Origin: Alphaproteobacteria bacterium
GTDB taxonomy: Bacteria; Pseudomonadota; Alphaproteobacteria; Rickettsiales; SXRF01
Length of the DNA: 61,121 bases
Assembly (NCBI GenBank): GCA_020054105.1
Contig: JAGVLW010000013.1
Span: 1-61,121 of the forward strand
Direction of reading: 5' to 3'
Below the pieces are notes generated by a model. The model was given only the letters and a program-made list of their open reading frames with translations, was not told where the DNA came from and ran no database searches. Position 1 is the stretch's first letter. The number at the start of each line of letters is the position of its first letter. The position numbers and the translations under genes are program-made. This document shows positions 38,396 to 46,787 of this stretch, in pieces.

Positions 38396-39099
38396 CCCTG
38401 CAAATTCCTCTCCGCGAATTCCCAATTGACCAGCTTGTCTAGAAACGTCGCGATGTAATCCGGGCGTTTGTTCTGGTAATCGAGATAATAGGCGTGCTCC
38501 CACACATCCATAGTCAATAAAGCTTTCTGGCCGTGCGCCATCGGCAGGTCGGCGTTGGGGGTTTTGGTAACTTTGAGCTTGCCGCCATCGAGCACGAGCC
38601 ACGCCCAGCCGCTGCCGAACTGCGTTGCGCCCGCCTGTTTGAAAGCTTCCTTGAACTGGTCGTAGCCACCGAAATCGGGGTCGATGCGCTTGGCGATATC
38701 GTCTTTGGGCGCGCCGCCGCCGTTTGGCTTCATCGAATGCCAATAAAACGTATGGTTCCAGATTTGCGCGGCATTGTTGAAAATGCCTGCCTTCGCCGGA
38801 TCTTTCGCCGATTCCATGATAACCTGCTCCAGGCTCGCGCTTGCCAGCGGCGTATCTTTCACCAGGTTATTGAGGTTGGTCACATAAGCCTGATGGTGCT
38901 TGCCGTGATGGAACGAAAGCGTGTTGGCGCTGATATGCGGCTCGAGGGCGTTTTGCGCGTAGGGCAGTTCGGGCAGGGTAAAAGGCATGGATCCTCCGGC
39001 GGCGGGTTGGGTTGCGGCGAATGCTTTCGACATAAAATTTCCTCCTAAGATGGATGCGGCGGCGAATGTTTGGCAGAATTGGCGTCTGGTGGTTTTCAC
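38392..39099 (-). CDS. sodB: Fe superoxide dismutase with Tat-like N-terminal leader
   Basis: HHGKHH, NNAAQIWNHTFYW, QFGSGWAW and DVWEHAYY (Fe-type residues). Leader TTRRQF...AFA. Confidence 0.93.
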   Translation of the reverse strand: MKTTRRQFCQTFAAASILGGNFMSKAFAATQPAAGGSMPFTLPELPYAQNALEPHISANTLSFHHGKHHQAYVTNLNNLVKDTPLASASLEQVIMESAKDPAKAGIFNNAAQIWNHTFYWHSMKPNGGGAPKDDIAKRIDPDFGGYDQFKEAFKQAGATQFGSGWAWLVLDGGKLKVTKTPNADLPMAHGQKALLTMDVWEHAYYLDYQNKRPDYIATFLDKLVNWEFAERNLQG

Positions 39100-39157
39100 A
39101 GGAATATATTATCTATGCTATTTCGAGCTAGTTATCAATGTCTGGTATAAAAAATCA

Positions 39158-39661
39158 ATGAGTAAGCCATCATACTGCGCCGGCCTGGTCAAGGCAAACG
39201 ACCATGACCGGTTCTTGCAATGCCTGTTCGTGCCGCCGGCCTGCCGCGAGGCGATGCTGGCGCTCTGCGCGCTGGATTGCGAACTTGCGCATGTGCATCA
39301 CGCGGTCAGCGAGGAGATGATCGGCCATATACGTTATGCCTGGTGGGACGAGGGGGTGCAGGAGCTCTATGCGGGCAAGCAACCGCGCGCGCATCCGGTG
39401 TTGCAGGCATTGGCGCCGGTGATTGCCCAACCGGATATGGCGAGATTGATCGCTGCCTACCGCGAAGCCTTTCCCGAAATGCCGCCAAAGCGCGGGATTA
39501 TCATTGAGCAGCTTTGCTTACAGCTTCTTGCGGCCATGTGCCCGCAAGCCATCGCGGGCTGGCAAAAGGCGGGGGCTATCATCGCCGGGCATCGCACGCG
39601 CTATGGCAACAAATCAAATGCCAGGCTGCATCTTAAATTACTGTGGGCCGGTATTACCTAA
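39158..39661 (+). CDS. Squalene/phytoene synthase-like protein (NDUFAF6-like), short form
   Basis: VKANDHDRFL, ALCALDCELA, VSEEMIGHIRYAWW and HPV. Only 167 aa. Confidence 0.75.
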   Translation: MSKPSYCAGLVKANDHDRFLQCLFVPPACREAMLALCALDCELAHVHHAVSEEMIGHIRYAWWDEGVQELYAGKQPRAHPVLQALAPVIAQPDMARLIAAYREAFPEMPPKRGIIIEQLCLQLLAAMCPQAIAGWQKAGAIIAGHRTRYGNKSNARLHLKLLWAGIT

Positions 39662-39673
39662 ACTGTAACAAGT

Positions 39674-40426
39674 TCAACACAACGATAAAATGGAAAGCGC
39701 CTTCGCATGCAACTCCTTCGTTGCTGCCGCCAGCACGCTGCCGTCGGAATGCAGCGTCAGCGGTTTGCCCTGCCAATCGCTGATGACGCCGCCGGCGGCT
39801 TCGACCACCGGCCGCAGCGCGCAGAAATCATAGGGTTTCATGCCCGCATCGGCCACCAGGTCGATATGGCCGGAAGCCAGCATGCCATAGGAATAGGCGT
39901 CGCCGCCGAGCACGCAATTGCCGCATTGCTTTTGCAGCGCCGCAAACGCCGCCGATTGCGCGGCGGTGAAATAATGCGTCGAGGTGGTGGCTATCGTCGC
40001 CTGCGACAATGCGGATATTCTACTCACCGTGTTTTTTGCCGCGGCGGATACCCATCGCTCGCCTGAAATCGGCTGGTCGATAATCCCTAGAACGGGCAGT
40101 CCATTTTTGCACAGGGCGATAAGCGTCACGAAGGTGGGCAATCCGGCGATGAAAGCACGCGTCCCGTCGATGGGGTCGAGCACCCATTGAAACTCCGCTT
40201 CGCCGCGCACAGCGCCGAACTCCTCGCCTATAATGCCGTGATCGGGGAAGCTTTCTTCAATCAGCGCGCGCATGGCCTTTTCGATGGCGCGGTCGGCCAA
40301 CGTCACCGGGCTGGCGTCGTTCTTATTTTCCACGGCGACGCCCTTGCGAAAATACTGTTTCGCGATGATACGGGCTTCGTCGGCCATGTGGTTTGCAAGT
40401 GCATGCAGGCGGTTGTCAAAATCCAT
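39674..40426 (-). CDS. hisN: Inositol monophosphatase family, histidinol-phosphatase HisN-like
   Basis: SPVTLADRAIE, HGIIGEEFG, WVLDPIDGTRAF and YDFCAL. ATG 40426. Confidence 0.8.
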   Translation of the reverse strand: MDFDNRLHALANHMADEARIIAKQYFRKGVAVENKNDASPVTLADRAIEKAMRALIEESFPDHGIIGEEFGAVRGEAEFQWVLDPIDGTRAFIAGLPTFVTLIALCKNGLPVLGIIDQPISGERWVSAAAKNTVSRISALSQATIATTSTHYFTAAQSAAFAALQKQCGNCVLGGDAYSYGMLASGHIDLVADAGMKPYDFCALRPVVEAAGGVISDWQGKPLTLHSDGSVLAAATKELHAKALSILSLC

Positions 40427-40447
40427 AATCCATGTACACTCGCGGTT

Positions 40448-41047
40448 ATGATCACCGACATTCATGCCGCAATCGACACGTTTTTGCAACAAAACTCCGT
40501 GATTTCCCTGGTGGGAAACCCCGATGGCTTTTCGCCGGATAGTTATTTAAAGGCGGGCGTCGTGCCGTTTATCCGCCATGAGGGCGGCTACCGTTTCTAT
40601 GTGATGAAGCCACAAGGCCGCATTCCGGCGCTCGGGCACCCGCCGTTCCAGCTTTGCAAAGGCACGCGCATGCAGCTTACTCCCAACGGCGGCTGGCAGG
40701 ATATGCGCGAAAACAGCGACGAGGACACCATCAAGGAAACGCTGGTGCAGACGGCGCTGCGCGAAGGCATCGAGGAGCTGGGGCTAAAACTTCCCAACAT
40801 CGCCGGCCTGTACGATCTGGGCCCGTATGAATTCGCCTCGGCGACCACGGGCAAATCCAAGCGCATGTGGCTGTTCGCGGCGAAAATTGTCGACAGCAAC
40901 GACATGCTGCCCGACGAGGCGGTGGTGGAGACGACCGACGAGCGCCAATGGCTGAGCGCCAACGAATTCGCGGTTGTCGGCCGGGAGGACCACCGTTATA
41001 TCCTCGACGATATGGAGATTCGGCTCGGTAGTTTGCTCAAGGAGTGA
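40448..41047 (+). CDS. NUDIX-domain hydrolase
   Basis: ETLVQTALREGIEELGL is the C-terminal half of a Nudix box. KAGVVPF strand present. ATG 40448. Confidence 0.75.
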   Translation: MITDIHAAIDTFLQQNSVISLVGNPDGFSPDSYLKAGVVPFIRHEGGYRFYVMKPQGRIPALGHPPFQLCKGTRMQLTPNGGWQDMRENSDEDTIKETLVQTALREGIEELGLKLPNIAGLYDLGPYEFASATTGKSKRMWLFAAKIVDSNDMLPDEAVVETTDERQWLSANEFAVVGREDHRYILDDMEIRLGSLLKE

Positions 41048-41056
41048 TGATGATAC

Positions 41057-41125
41057 TGTCACCCCGCACTTGTTGCGGGGTCTCCCGAAAATTTCTGGAG
41101 ATGCCGCAATAAATGCGGCATGACA
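41057..41125. repeat. RPE-like double-hairpin palindromic element
   Basis: TGTCA-CCCCGCA-cttgt-TGCGGGG-TCTC ... GAGA-TGCCGCA-ataaa-TGCGGCA-TGACA. Confidence 0.8.
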
Positions 41126-43434
41126 ATTTGATATTTCAAGGAGTGACCGCCATCAAACCGTTCGAAAACAATCCGCAATTTTCTAATCCGCTCGTCAATT
41201 CCGCCAGCCCTTATTTGCGCCAGCATGCGCATAACCCGGTATTTTGGTATCCGTGGGGCAAAGAGGCGATAGAAAAAGCGCGCGCCGAAAACAAGCCCAT
41301 CCTGCTCTCAATCGGCTATTCGACCTGCTACTGGTGCCACGTCATGGAGCGTGAAGTGTTCGAGAATGTGTCGATCGCGTCGCTGATGAACCGGCATTTC
41401 ATCAACATCAAAGTCGACCGCGAGGAGCACCCCGAGCTTGACGACATATACATGACGGCGCGGCAAATGCTGACCCATGAGGGCGGCTGGCCCAACAATG
41501 TATTTCTGACGCCCGAACTGAAACCGTTCTATGCCGGCGGAACTTACGCGCCCGATGAGTCTTATGGAAAGCCGGCCTTTCCGCGCCTGCTCGAATGGCT
41601 GCATTTCTCCTGGTCGACCAAGCCGGAGGAAGCAAAGCAGGCGGCGCAGCAGATATTCGAGTCGATGCAAAATTATCTGGTGCATCCGACAACTGAATCA
41701 ACGCAGCGCGATATGCCGACCCTCGCCGGGGCGTTGCTTAATGACCTGAAGAATCATCATGACGAACGTTCGGGCGGTTTTTTCCAGGCGCCGAAATTTC
41801 CGCATGAAACCTATCTTAGCTACCTGCTGACCCATTATGAGCATACCGGCGACATCGTCGCGCTCGACATGGCGGCGCACAGCCTGGGGAAAATGGCGGT
41901 GGGCGGCATTTACGACCATGTCGGTTGCGGCTTCCACCGCTATGCCGTCGATAAGGAATGGTACATCCCGCATTTCGAAAAAATGCTCTACAATCAGGCG
42001 ATGCTGGCGCGCGTCTATACCGACGCGGCGCGCCTGACCGGTAACGCCTGGTTTGCCGACATCGCCAAAAGCATTCTCGATTTCACCGCCGGGCCGATGC
42101 GCTCGGGAACCGGCGGGTTTTACGCGGCTATCGACGCAGAAACCGACGGCGTCGAAGGCGCCTATTACGCCTGGACGTCGCAGGAGATCGAAGCCTTGCT
42201 GACGCAAGACGAGACGGCGTTTTTCGTCGCGGTCTATGCGCTGGCCGACATTCCGGCCTTTCCTGGACATAAGCACGCGCAGGGCCAGGCGATCATCGCC
42301 CGCAAGCCACTCGATCTGGCGGCGCGTGAGATGGGCATGCCCTACGAGCAAATGGCCGCGATGACCGGTGCGGTGATGAACAAGCTGCTGGCTGTGCGCA
42401 ACGGCCGCAAGCCGCCCAACCTCGACGACAAAATCATCGTCGGCTGGAACGGGCTGATGATCGACGCGTTTGCCCATGCCGGCAGCGTGTTCTCCATCGA
42501 ACGCTACACAACAATCGCCGCCGATGCCGCGAATTATTTATTGGAACACGCCATCGATAACGAAGGCCGCCTGAAACGCATTAGCGGGCAAACGCGCATC
42601 GACGCGACGCTGGAAGATTACGCCTATTTGTGCAAAGGTTTGCTGTCGCTTTGGCGCACGACCGGGCAAAAAAATTGGATGGAATCGGCGCAGTCTCTGA
42701 TGGATGCTGCCGAGGAATTATTCGCCGATAAAAATGCGCCGGGCTATTTTTATACGCAGCCCTCGGCGTATACTTTGCTGCAAATCAAAAGCGGCGACGA
42801 CTCGACATTGCCCAATGCTAACGCCGTCATGCTGGAAAATATGGTTGCGTTATCGGCCGCGAATAAAAATACCGCTTATAAGAAAAAAGCGCAGGCGATG
42901 GCGGATTATTTCCTGGGCGACTCGCCGAAAATGCTGGTCGAATATGCCGCCATGATGGAAGCGGCGTTAAAACTGGAAAGCGCCTCGACCGGCAAAAAAT
43001 TGGCCACTGAAAAGAAATTCGCCGCGCAGGAATCGCCGGTGGCGCCCGACGACATCGTGGCGGTGAGCGCCTCGCTGTTCCCGTCCGACGCCAAGCCGGG
43101 CGAGCGTTGCGAGCTGATCGTGACCCTTGCCGTCAAGGAAGGCTGGCACATCAATGCAAGCAAACCGGCGCAGGCTTTTTTAATTCCCACGCAAGTCACC
43201 GTCAGCGGGCAGGGGGTGGAATCCGCCGGCACGATCTATCCCGAGCCACTGCGCCGCAGCGACCCATATCAGGACAATCCGCTGCTGGTATATGAAGGCG
43301 AAATCCACGTCACCGCCCGGCTGCGGCTGCTTCCCAAAGCCGGCGAGCGGCCGCCGCTCAAGCTCATGGTGCGTTTCCAGCCCTGCAGCGGCGCGACCTG
43401 CCATAAAACCCGCGATATATCGCTAACCGTCTGA
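41113..43434 (+). CDS. Thioredoxin-domain protein (DUF255/SPATA20/YyaL) with C-terminal DsbD-N-like domain
   Basis: [37 protein letters not shown] and [10 protein letters not shown]-terminal GWHINA...YEG...QPCSGATC. Exact start uncertain (alternatives 41128 and 41143). Confidence 0.88.
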   Translation: MRHDNLIFQGVTAIKPFENNPQFSNPLVNSASPYLRQHAHNPVFWYPWGKEAIEKARAENKPILLSIGYSTCYWCHVMEREVFENVSIASLMNRHFINIKVDREEHPELDDIYMTARQMLTHEGGWPNNVFLTPELKPFYAGGTYAPDESYGKPAFPRLLEWLHFSWSTKPEEAKQAAQQIFESMQNYLVHPTTESTQRDMPTLAGALLNDLKNHHDERSGGFFQAPKFPHETYLSYLLTHYEHTGDIVALDMAAHSLGKMAVGGIYDHVGCGFHRYAVDKEWYIPHFEKMLYNQAMLARVYTDAARLTGNAWFADIAKSILDFTAGPMRSGTGGFYAAIDAETDGVEGAYYAWTSQEIEALLTQDETAFFVAVYALADIPAFPGHKHAQGQAIIARKPLDLAAREMGMPYEQMAAMTGAVMNKLLAVRNGRKPPNLDDKIIVGWNGLMIDAFAHAGSVFSIERYTTIAADAANYLLEHAIDNEGRLKRISGQTRIDATLEDYAYLCKGLLSLWRTTGQKNWMESAQSLMDAAEELFADKNAPGYFYTQPSAYTLLQIKSGDDSTLPNANAVMLENMVALSAANKNTAYKKKAQAMADYFLGDSPKMLVEYAAMMEAALKLESASTGKKLATEKKFAAQESPVAPDDIVAVSASLFPSDAKPGERCELIVTLAVKEGWHINASKPAQAFLIPTQVTVSGQGVESAGTIYPEPLRRSDPYQDNPLLVYEGEIHVTARLRLLPKAGERPPLKLMVRFQPCSGATCHKTRDISLTV

Positions 43435-43454
43435 TAATTATTGCCACTATTGCT

Positions 43455-43483
43455 TTGACAGCATGGTGGTAAATTGGTATAGT
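43455..43483 (+). promoter_or_regulatory. sigma70 promoter of rpsU
   Basis: TTGACA-N17-TATAGT. Confidence 0.75.
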
Positions 43484-43542
43484 TATAGTTCGTCTGCTAT
43501 TTATAAATCACACACATAATTCGGAATTGGGGGTATATTTTT

Positions 43543-43746
43543 TTGGTTGAAGTAGTTGTACGCGATAACAATGTTGACCAGGCACTGCGCGCATTGAAGA
43601 AAAAGATGCAGCGCGAAGGCCTTTTCCGCGAAATGAAAATGCGCCGTCATTACGAGAAACCATCCGAAGCGCGCGTCCGTCAGGCCGCAGAAGCGCAGCG
43701 CCGGGCCCGCAAGCTCGCCCGCAAGCAGTCGGATCGTAACGACTAA
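43543..43746 (+). CDS. rpsU: 30S ribosomal protein S21
   Basis: [23 protein letters not shown]...[12 protein letters not shown] start. Confidence 0.96.
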   Translation: MVEVVVRDNNVDQALRALKKKMQREGLFREMKMRRHYEKPSEARVRQAAEAQRRARKLARKQSDRND

Positions 43747-43766
43747 CCCCTTTTTATTCCCAAAAT

Positions 43767-43812
43767 AAAAAACGCATGGCAGGCCCCGCAAGGCTTTCTG
43801 TGCGTTTTTTTT
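43767..43812 (+). terminator. Probable intrinsic terminator after rpsU
   Basis: AAAAAACGCA...TGCGTTTTTTTT imperfect hairpin with a U-tract. Confidence 0.55.
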
Positions 43813-43874
43813 ATTAACAATTTTTAGCATTTCTGTTACTCTGCCCTGCATGTAAACTGCGAAATGAGCAACCG

Positions 43875-44915
43875 ATGATTGTCGATGATGCGCTGGAGAT
43901 GCTAAGGCGGGTAAAAACCGCCGTCAGGCAAAATGCGCCAAAGGTGCAAGCGCCTGATCCACAAGATAACGCCTCGACAAAAATAGGCTTGGAGCTAGAA
44001 GTCGAGACACTATGTAAAAGCGCAAAAGAATTAAAAGAAGCTTTCCTTGAAGCTTTAAGCGTTGATCAACGCGCCGCGTGGGATGCCTATTGGAAAATGC
44101 ATCTCAAAAATCAGAGAATAGGTTACCCCGATAATCCGCTCTACGATAGCACGGCGGAAAGACGGCTAAAAAAAATCTTCAAAGAATCTCTTCTTCCAAC
44201 GCAAAGAGAGGAGGCGCATGAAGTAGACATCGCTTATGCAACATTTAGGAAAAAAGAAACGCGTCTTTATGGTATAGAAAATCGCGATGCACTTTATGGA
44301 GAGGAATTGAGCGACGTAAAAGAAATAGCCACGGTTTTCTTCCCGGAAAATTTTTCAAGAGGAAAGCAATGGGCTATAATTGACATGTTTAGATGCTTGG
44401 CCTATGCACTGGGTCAGATCGTGGGGCATGAAGTCAAATTTTATTCTGTCGATAATGCTAAACAGCAGCAAGTTGGCCTTAGGCTTGAGGTGCGTAAAAA
44501 AATAGACGCTCAAGAACTAAATGATTGTCTGGATGTGATCGGCGATGCCGTCTCCTTGTTGCGCCAAAATTTGTCGGAGGCGGAACGTTGGGAAAAGGTC
44601 AAAACATCGAAAGGCACGGGCTATCGTTATATAGAACAAGAAAGATATGGACATAAGGATGTTTATTTTGAAACAGCATCTTCCCTTGCAACAGATTATT
44701 TGGATAACAGGCAGGTACTTTGGAAAAAAGGGAAAAGATTTCTTACACAAGAACAATTTGATTTAGAAAAAGAAAGAACAATAGGTCAAGGGAAACCTCT
44801 CTCACAAGCTTGGGGATGCATCGTCCTCACCGGAAAAGCGGCGGAACAAATACTCGGAAACGAATTTGGCATTGATTTGAAAGAGATAAAGGAAGCGCGG
44901 GAGACTAAACGATAA
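43875..44915 (+). CDS. Hypothetical protein (AT-rich orphan); possible remote amidoligase/GCS-fold
   Basis: 346 aa. KIGLELEVE near the N-terminus, otherwise unrecognised. Confidence 0.7.
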   Translation: MIVDDALEMLRRVKTAVRQNAPKVQAPDPQDNASTKIGLELEVETLCKSAKELKEAFLEALSVDQRAAWDAYWKMHLKNQRIGYPDNPLYDSTAERRLKKIFKESLLPTQREEAHEVDIAYATFRKKETRLYGIENRDALYGEELSDVKEIATVFFPENFSRGKQWAIIDMFRCLAYALGQIVGHEVKFYSVDNAKQQQVGLRLEVRKKIDAQELNDCLDVIGDAVSLLRQNLSEAERWEKVKTSKGTGYRYIEQERYGHKDVYFETASSLATDYLDNRQVLWKKGKRFLTQEQFDLEKERTIGQGKPLSQAWGCIVLTGKAAEQILGNEFGIDLKEIKEARETKR

Positions 44916-44933
44916 AATTACAGATAAAATCTG

Positions 44934-44962
44934 TTAACAACCGCGGCATTCCTTGCTATAAT
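44934..44962 (+). promoter_or_regulatory. Putative strong sigma70 promoter with extended -10
   Basis: TTAACA-N17-TATAAT with TG two bases upstream of the -10 (TGcTATAAT). Confidence 0.65.
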
Positions 44963-44992
44963 GGCTCCGGTATTAAAGATAAGGAGAGAGTT

Positions 44993-45214
44993 ATGCGCCG
45001 TCGTCCGCAAGCTGCCGTTTTAAAACCCACCCCGCAAAATGCTTTACTGCTCGCCGCCTATTCGGCCGCGAATTTCGGGGCGCTCATGCTCAACCTGATG
45101 TATGGCACGCCGGAGCGCACGCGCCTGACGTTGGTGTTTTGCGCCGCGCTGCTGATGCTGGGCTATTCCATGTCTGCCGGTGACTCGCAGGCCATGGCCG
45201 TCTGCCCGGTTTAG
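44993..45214 (+). CDS. Small hypothetical membrane protein
   Basis: 73 aa with two hydrophobic segments. Preceded by a clear promoter and the RBS AAGGAG. Confidence 0.55.
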   Translation: MRRRPQAAVLKPTPQNALLLAAYSAANFGALMLNLMYGTPERTRLTLVFCAALLMLGYSMSAGDSQAMAVCPV

Positions 45215-46074
45215 TTCCTCGCCAACCAATCTTCGATCAAAGCGATCTGCGCCTCGTCCATGAGCGATGGCGCGTGTCCGGCGCCGGCGATTTGCTGGTA
45301 GCCAAGACGCGGATGCAGCGATTGCATCTGCAAAGCGGTGTCGTGCAGCAATATATCCGACTGCTCGCCGCGAATCAGCAGGGTAGGGACTTTGCTCACC
45401 CCGTCCCACGTCGCCCATAGATTGACGTCGGCAATCTCGCCGACGGGCGCAACGCCGCTGACGATCGCCGGATCGTAGGCCAGACGGAAGCTGCCATCAT
45501 CGGCTTTGACGATGCTATGCGCAAAAAGATGCTGCCAATGCATTTCCGACGGAATGGCGAAGGGCCGGCAGTTTTCGCGCAGCGCCGCCTGCGCTTCTTC
45601 GAGCGTCGCAAACTGCATTCTCACGCCGGCATAAGAAAGAATACGTTTAAGCCCCGCCGCCGGGATCACGCAGCCGACATCGTTGAGCGTCAACGTTTGC
45701 AGCAGGCCGGGCGCGGCGTTGGCCATCATCATGCCGAGAATACCGCCCATCGACGTGCCAACCCAATGCAGCCTTGGAATCGCCAGCACCGCCAGCAGAA
45801 ATTGCAAATCGGCGATGTAGGTCGCGTAGTTATAGAGCGTCGCCTCGGGCAGCCACTGGCTTTTTCCGCGTCCCGGCATGTCGACGCTGATGACGTGGTA
45901 GCGGCTGGAAAGCCGCTGCGCCAGAAAATCGAAATCGCGGCCGTTGCGCGTCAGCCCGTGCACGCAAAGCACGGTTTCTTGCGCATCGGGATTACCCCAG
46001 TGATAATAGGAAAGGCGATGCGGCGGCGCGGCCGCATGGGTAATGTCGATATAGGCCGCGACGGTTTCCATCAA
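45211..46074 (-). CDS. Alpha/beta fold hydrolase
   Basis: CVHGLTRNGRDF, DMPGRGKS, nucleophile GTSMGG, LIRGEQSD and AGHAP. Confidence 0.92.
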   Translation of the reverse strand: MMETVAAYIDITHAAAPPHRLSYYHWGNPDAQETVLCVHGLTRNGRDFDFLAQRLSSRYHVISVDMPGRGKSQWLPEATLYNYATYIADLQFLLAVLAIPRLHWVGTSMGGILGMMMANAAPGLLQTLTLNDVGCVIPAAGLKRILSYAGVRMQFATLEEAQAALRENCRPFAIPSEMHWQHLFAHSIVKADDGSFRLAYDPAIVSGVAPVGEIADVNLWATWDGVSKVPTLLIRGEQSDILLHDTALQMQSLHPRLGYQQIAGAGHAPSLMDEAQIALIEDWLARN

Positions 46075-46787
46075 CAGGAAATCCTAAACAGCCGAAATAG
46101 CAGCCAGTAAATCAGGCGGCGCAGCAGGAAGGTGGTCAGCGCGATGAGCAGAAATGTACCGACGACATCGGCCGGAAAATGCGCGCCCAGCGACACGCGC
46201 GACCAGCCCACCGCAAAAATCAGCAAGACGCCGACAAAAGACATATTGGCCGAAAGCACCGGCCACAAAGCGACGACGATCAGCGTAACAAAAGCGACAT
46301 GGCCGCTGGGGAAGCTGCGATTGGCATCTTCCGGAGATTTTTCTTCCAATAGATGGACTTTTTCATCGGGATTTTCCAGCAACGGCGACACAGGCATCAG
46401 CGCAACATAAGGCCGCGGCAAGGCATAATAATCTTTGAGCGCCGCGACCATCGGCCTGTTGACCAGTGCGGCGATGGCGATTACTACAAATACCCCTACC
46501 CAACGCAGCACATATTGCTTCATCCCGGCGCGATGTTGGATTTTTTTTATCAGAAACCCAATGATGGCACAAACCAGAAGCCCGCACAGCACATAGAGGA
46601 AATGTTTGTGATCGCCCAACCGCGTGAGCGCCACCATGATATGGTCGTAAGTATTGCCACGGATATGGTTGATGGCTAGGAAAAGCCATTTATTGAACCC
46701 CAGCCAATCGTAAAATAGCTCGCCGCTGGTAATGAGCTGGCCGAACTGCTCATAGACCTGCTCGATTGTCATATGTTCGCGGTTCAT
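46071..46787 (-). CDS. PAP2 family phosphatase
   Basis: K...LPRP, SFPSGH and SRVSLGAHF motifs, with TM helices. Confidence 0.9.
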   Translation of the reverse strand: MNREHMTIEQVYEQFGQLITSGELFYDWLGFNKWLFLAINHIRGNTYDHIMVALTRLGDHKHFLYVLCGLLVCAIIGFLIKKIQHRAGMKQYVLRWVGVFVVIAIAALVNRPMVAALKDYYALPRPYVALMPVSPLLENPDEKVHLLEEKSPEDANRSFPSGHVAFVTLIVVALWPVLSANMSFVGVLLIFAVGWSRVSLGAHFPADVVGTFLLIALTTFLLRRLIYWLLFRLFRISC

